From Chrysomallon squamiferum (lineage: Eukaryota > Animalia > Mollusca), in NCBI GenBank assembly GCA_012295275.1, contig CM022675.1, positions 10,168,001 to 10,232,000 on the forward strand: a stretch of DNA of 64,000 bases, written 5' to 3'. This document shows positions 57,712 to 64,000 of the stretch, piece by piece. The translations under genes were made by a program, and so were the position numbers. The stretch's first letter is position 1. Every line of letters starts with the position of its first letter. A model generated the notes under the pieces. That model was not told where the DNA came from. It saw nothing but the letters and a program-made list of their open reading frames with translations, and ran no database searches.

Positions 57712-58181
57712 AAAACAAATCAAATAAATACATACATAAATAATAAATATCTGTTTCTCTGTATATGTGTATATATCTACATATCTATAACTACATCCAA
57801 ATAAATAAAAATAAATAAATAAATAAATATTCATATATAGTGACACATACACACTCAAACACACACACATATACATACATACATATATATATGTGTGTGT
57901 GTGCTTTGTGTATATACAACAATTTTTTCAGTAAATGGATAAAGTGTCAGAAATCCTGGTATATTTATAATGGTGATCGGTACACACATACATTCACATA
58001 CATACACACACATATATATATACATACATACGCACACAAAAACACACATACATTCATACATTTACATACATATACACACACATACACACACAAACATACA
58101 CATATACATACATACATACTTACATATATACACACACATATAGATAATAATATTATTACATATAGTTGTCTCTTTTATTTT

Positions 58182-58250
<69 letters not shown>

Positions 58251-58345
58251 AACACGTGGACAGAAACATGTTTCATCATAATTATTATCTATTTGTTATT
58301 TGATTTAATTTAATTTATGTTTTATCTTATTTTATCTTATTTTTA

Positions 58346-58399
<54 letters not shown>

Positions 58400-59106
58400 T
58401 TGATTTACTTATTTAATTTATTCTATTTTATCTTTTTTATTTTATTTCCATTATTCAAGTTTAGTTTATTTATTTAGTTTAGATCTCATCTAATCTTTTT
58501 TTAAATGCTTTTTTACTATTTACTATTTTTATTTTATATGATATTATTATTATTTTTTTTTTTATTGTAGTTGGCAGCTGGTGTGAGGTTGGAATTATAA
58601 TGAATGTTTAAATTATCATGCAACTGAAAAAGTGAACCAAATATTAAAATATATCTCTGATACTCTGAAACAATAGCCTAAACATGTGTTGTCAAGCTTG
58701 TTTCTAACTGTACCATTTGGAGAAAAGATTTGGTTGTTGTTATCTTATTATTATTATTATTAGTAGTAGTAGTAGTAGTAGTAGTAGCAGCAGCAGCAGC
58801 AGCAGCAGCATTGGTATTACTATTAGTATTGCTGCTGTTGTTGTTGTTATTATTTTTGTTGTTGCTGTTGTTGATTTTTATTATTATTATTGTTGTTGTT
58901 GTTGTCATACTGTAGCCTCACCGTGTCATCGGCACATTTACTCTTTAGTTTTTGTTTATTTTCTTCTGAGTTAGTTTGTTGTTCTTATAAATATGTTTAT
59001 TTATACAGTAGGGTTAGCACCGTGTATTTTGAACTATCTGAACAAAAATAATAATAATAATAAAAAAATAAATTAATAAAAATAATAATAAAAAAAAAAA
59101 AAAAAA

Positions 59107-59172
<66 letters not shown>

Positions 59173-60060
59173 ATAATAATAATAAAATTAAAATTAAAGA
59201 AAGAGAAAAGAAAATAACGAATAATCGAAAGTATGTGCATTTAAACGGACGTTACGATCTTTGAGTGATAAATTTACTGTACCGAATCACAAACAGATCA
59301 TCAGATCCTACGAGACAAGTAACTGAGATCAGCAATGTGAATAATTTATTGCATGATGGTATAATGCTATCATACAATACAAAACAACCTTTCATTCCTG
59401 TTTCTATCACTTCTAATTTCAGTGGATTTAGCAGCCTAGCTCCAGTGTGAGGAGATGTAACTCTCAGTTTCTCAGTGTATGTATGTATGTCTTAAACACC
59501 ATTTATCAGCACTAGACAACAATAAAATAAAGCCATTTAGACTGCAACAGGAGTACTTATATTTAATTAGGATGAAACAGGAACAATGTAATTGGAAACC
59601 AGGAGTTCATTTCTTTCATAACACCTTACTGTACAAGACTAGAATATACAACATGAAATTTGCTTTATTATAAATAAATATTTTTTGCTGGAAGAAACGA
59701 GCAATAAATAAATGATTTTGAAAAAGAAGTTATTTTCATACTTTCACTGTCACTTCTCTATCTGGATGATTCGCCGAATTGTCCTGGCTTGACATAAAAA
59801 TAGATACATTCTACGATGAAACAGACTGAATATTAATAAACCTTCACCAGCACAGCTTTGCTTCAGTCTGCTTTGACGATACATCTGTTCAGAGGTTGAA
59901 TTACCACCACACTGATAACATAACTGTGTACAACAACAACAACAACAAAAACAATAATAGTAGTAGTAGTAGGGAGTGGTAGTAGGTAGAGTAGTAGTAG
60001 TATTAATAAAACATTATAATAATAATAACGACAGTAATAATAATATAATAATGACACTTA

Positions 60061-60265
60061 TAATAGTTGTATTTAAGTTGATGGTAGTTATAGTAGAAGA
60101 ATTAGTAGTGGTAATAGTTGTATTTAAGTTGATGGTAGTTATAGTAGAAGAATTAGTAGTGGTAATAGTTGTATTTAAGTTGATGGTAGTTATAGTAGAA
60201 GAATTAGTAGTGGTAATAGTTGTATTTAAGTTGATGGTAGTTATAGTAGAAGAATTAGTAGTGGT
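60061..60265. repeat. 51-bp tandem repeat (4 copies)
   Basis: Unit taatagttgtatttaagttgatggtagttatagtagaagaattagtagtgg. Confidence 0.9.
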
Positions 60266-60466
60266 ATCAGCAGCATTAGTAGTACTACTCGTAATAGTGA
60301 CAATGGCAGTAGTATTAGTAATATACGCACACACACACACACACAAGTAGTGTATGGAAACATTTTACTAATATCACACACACTCACTCATACACTCACA
60401 CACACATTCAGTGAAAAGTAGCTGCACTTGCAAGTAGTGTATCGAAACATTTTAGTAATATACGCA

Positions 60467-60615
<149 letters not shown>

Positions 60616-60740
60616 ACACATTCAGTGAAAAGTAGCTGCACTTGCAAGTAGTGTATGGAAACACGTCTCATATGAAGAGGATAATGAATGGAGGCTTTTT
60701 TATTTTGTTTTGTTTTGTTTTGTTTTTGTGTTGCCATACG

Positions 60741-61064
60741 ATGGAGGGAGTGTCACTATGATGGAGGGAGTGTCACTATAATGGAGGGAGTGTCACTATA
60801 ATGGAGGGAGTGTCACTATAATGGAGGGAGTGTCACTATAATGGAGGGAGTGTCACTATAATGGAGGGAGTGTCACTATGATGGAGGGAGTGTCACTATA
60901 ATGGAGGGAGTGTCACTATGATGGAGGGAGTGTCACTATGATGGAGGGAGTGTCACTATGATGGAGGGAGTGTCACTATAATGGAGGGAGTGTCACTATG
61001 ATGGAGGGAGTGTCACTATAATGGAGGGAGTGTCACTATGATGGAGGGAGTGTCACTATGATGG
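60741..61064. repeat. 20-bp minisatellite (16 copies)
   Basis: Unit atggagggagtgtcactat(a/g). Confidence 0.95.
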
Positions 61065-61419
61065 GACTGGTTCTGTGAACACGAGAGGTCATCATCAATG
61101 AAAAGTTGATGAAAAACGATTAGTTCGACATTCTGTTTCCTCTGATTTCTCTGAAGCAGTCACGTGACATCATTCACCAGCCAGAGCCCAAATAGCCAAC
61201 ATCACAGACATCTTCTTTAGGGTAACAACGTCAACGTGTTATATCACTGCCTGCTTAACAGACGAGTAAAACACCAATGAGACATCATGGCTCGCCATGT
61301 GTGACAACATCCTCACACTTCAGTTTATGTTTTACCCAGGCTTTGTTGTTGTTTTTCAAATCATCATCATCAATATCGTTATCACTATTATCACCGGTAA
61401 CATGATGATGATGATGATG

Positions 61420-61478
<59 letters not shown>

Positions 61479-62943
61479 TTAACTTTCTTTCAAAAATAAT
61501 ATTACTGTGGTAGATATAGGAACCTGCCCACTTAAGCTGTAATAATTAGTAAATATATCAGATACAAAGATAGTATAGTAGTGGTAGTAATAATATAGTA
61601 ATATATCAGATACAAAGATAGTATAGTAGTGGTAGTAATAATATAATTTGTAGAATTTCAGTGATAATCGCGTTTTGGTGCAAAATAAAGCTGAGCTATA
61701 ACTGATCATTTTAGAGACTGATGGACCCAACTAGTAATAAAAACAATTGTTATGTAGTATGATTTCACAGGTACTGATTTTACTCTCACATCCAGTCTAG
61801 AAAAGAGATTTGGTATTTCAATATTTTCAACATGTTCAACCTGTAAATTGGCAGATACCAGATTTACAGGTCCCACTCTGGCACCACCCCCAGTGAAATA
61901 AACCTTAAAAACTTTCCAAAGCAAGTTTCTTGCTTAAAGCTTCTTTGATGACCATATTGCATTTTGCAATACATTAAACAAAAAACTCTGAGATAAGATA
62001 AATTAAATAAAAATTAAAATATTGTTGGACATTTTAAATTATTTATGTTTTTCTACATTTTAAATAAATATTCAAACAAATTTGCCATAATGACTTTTTT
62101 CAAACTAAAATGTTTCAAGGTAATCCTTTTATCAACATTGCTGTGTTCATTTAGATTCTACACAGGAAGTTTCTTGTCATGGACTAAGATCACATTCTTT
62201 AACATTTAAAAAGTTTTCAAAAATATTATGTAAAACTTAGAACCCTTATAAACTAAATAAAGTAAAACAAAATTGTGATTTGTACTTTATTAAGATATTT
62301 ATTGTATCATAATAGCACATTGAATGAGTGTAAAACATCCAAATATTAAAACTAATACATTGAGTTCTACAAGTAAAAATAAATAAAATTTAAAATATTC
62401 TCTTAAACATTATAATAAAATTTAAACACAACAGTATATAAAAAAAATAGTTTTTTATAATGAACAGTACCAGCCATATAAATAAGTTTAAAAAGTAATT
62501 TTTTTGGTTGAAGCAGATAACAAAATACACAAAATGATTTATGTGTGCAGTAATGATTAACAGTACCAATATAAATACAAACCTAAATATTTAAAACATA
62601 AGTTCTAGATTAAAGAATAAAACAAATAAAATGCTGATTTTAAAAAACATTATTAAAAACAGAAAAAAAAAAAAAAAAAATTAAAAAATTAAAAATTAAA
62701 AAACCCACCTACAACACAAGAATAGCAAAAAAAGGGGGAAGTTTAAAAATTAAATGAAACTAACATCTATAACTCTCTCTGTATAACAAATATACTATGA
62801 GATAACAATAAAATATTACTGAATAAAAAATGAAAATAACAACCAATATATGGAAATATTTTTATAAAAGTATTTTAATAAATTGAAAAAAAGCAACAAA
62901 GGAAACAACTTGTTGATTTTGTGATCTCTGTGAATACAGGCAG

Positions 62944-63257
62944 AGACAGTTTGATTTATCTACTTAACTGTGAGCAACATCAGATAATGTGACTAACAAT
63001 AAAGTGACTGAGTGTGCCTGTCCTGTCACACTCTTCAACCTTCGACAGACAGTTTGATTTATCTACTTAACTGTGAGCAGCATCAGATAATGTGACTAAC
63101 AATAAAGCGACTGAGTGTGCCTGTCCTGTCACACTCTTCAACCTTCGACAGACAGTTTGATTTATCTACTTAACTGTGAGCAACATCAGATAATGTGACT
63201 AACAATAAAGCGACTGAGTGTGCATGTCCTGGTCACACTCTTCAACCTTCGACAGAC
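62944..63257. repeat. 103-bp tandem repeat (3 copies)
   Basis: gacagtttgatttatctacttaactgtgagc... starts at 62945, 63048 and 63151. Confidence 0.9.
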
Positions 63258-64000
63258 TGTTACAGTAAAGAGAGGAAGTGTCATGTCACATTTTGAAGAA
63301 AATGAAAGCACACAGTCAACAAGTGACCATGTGTTCCTAGGATTATTCGAATAAACAGCACTAAATGGTACCATTAACATGATATCATGCAGGGAGAAAG
63401 CAACATTTGATGTGCATATGTCAGCACAACCATATGGCAAATAGACGCAGGTTCAGTGTAAGACAAACAGAAACAAACATTGTGCCAAAAGCAATGGTTT
63501 GAACAGTCTGACTGTGGGTTTATTCAACTGAGGTTTTCTGCATCGGAACTTTCAACACAGCAGGGAAAGTTAACTGTGTTTATGTTATCATCAACTGGTT
63601 TTATTATAATCTGCATCAGTCGTCTTTTACATGTTTATAAGTAACTCAGTATTTTGATATTCTTGTATTATGTTATAATCATATTCATTTGTACCATAGT
63701 ATTTCAGAATTATATATCTTATGTACATTTGTAGTGAATTATAAAATAATGATCTAAGAAAGGATTACAATGAACATCAATTTTAATATGACAGAGTTCT
63801 TTTAAGGTATTAATAATATTAACCATAGCTATTTTTTCGAATTGGAATAATTTAATAACTTCGGTAACATTTTTTTTTCCATCTAAGATTAAACAAATAA
63901 AAAAATAAAAAGATGAGAAAGAGCAACCAACTAATATAAATTATCTATTTGCATGTACCTTAAACATTTCTAGTATAATTACTCACTTTGATTAATCGAA

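Overview
AT-rich, microsatellite-dense eukaryotic (animal) DNA with GT-AG introns. Gene content and repeats suggest a mollusc, possibly a coleoid cephalopod (inference). A 200-N gap (35982-36181) splits the window. Left contig: a cluster of EGF-EGF-ZP type I membrane protein genes. Copy A (+) is 5'-truncated by the window edge, copy B (+) is complete (10 coding exons, 449 aa), and copy C (-) is an inverted tail-to-tail duplicate of B cut by the gap. Two small captured ZP fragments lie near 13 kb. Between A and B sits a phase-consistent 11-exon gene (296 aa) that I cannot assign to a family, built from a duplicated three-exon block. Defective hAT/Buster and pogo/Tigger elements lie in introns. 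Right contig: a disabled, 5'-truncated tyrosine/aromatic amino-acid decarboxylase (Tdc-like) gene on the minus strand, then a gene-poor region with a decayed RNase H-bearing LINE and at least nine different minisatellite arrays, several visibly born inside retroelements. All exon models were spliced and translated by hand. No database search was run.
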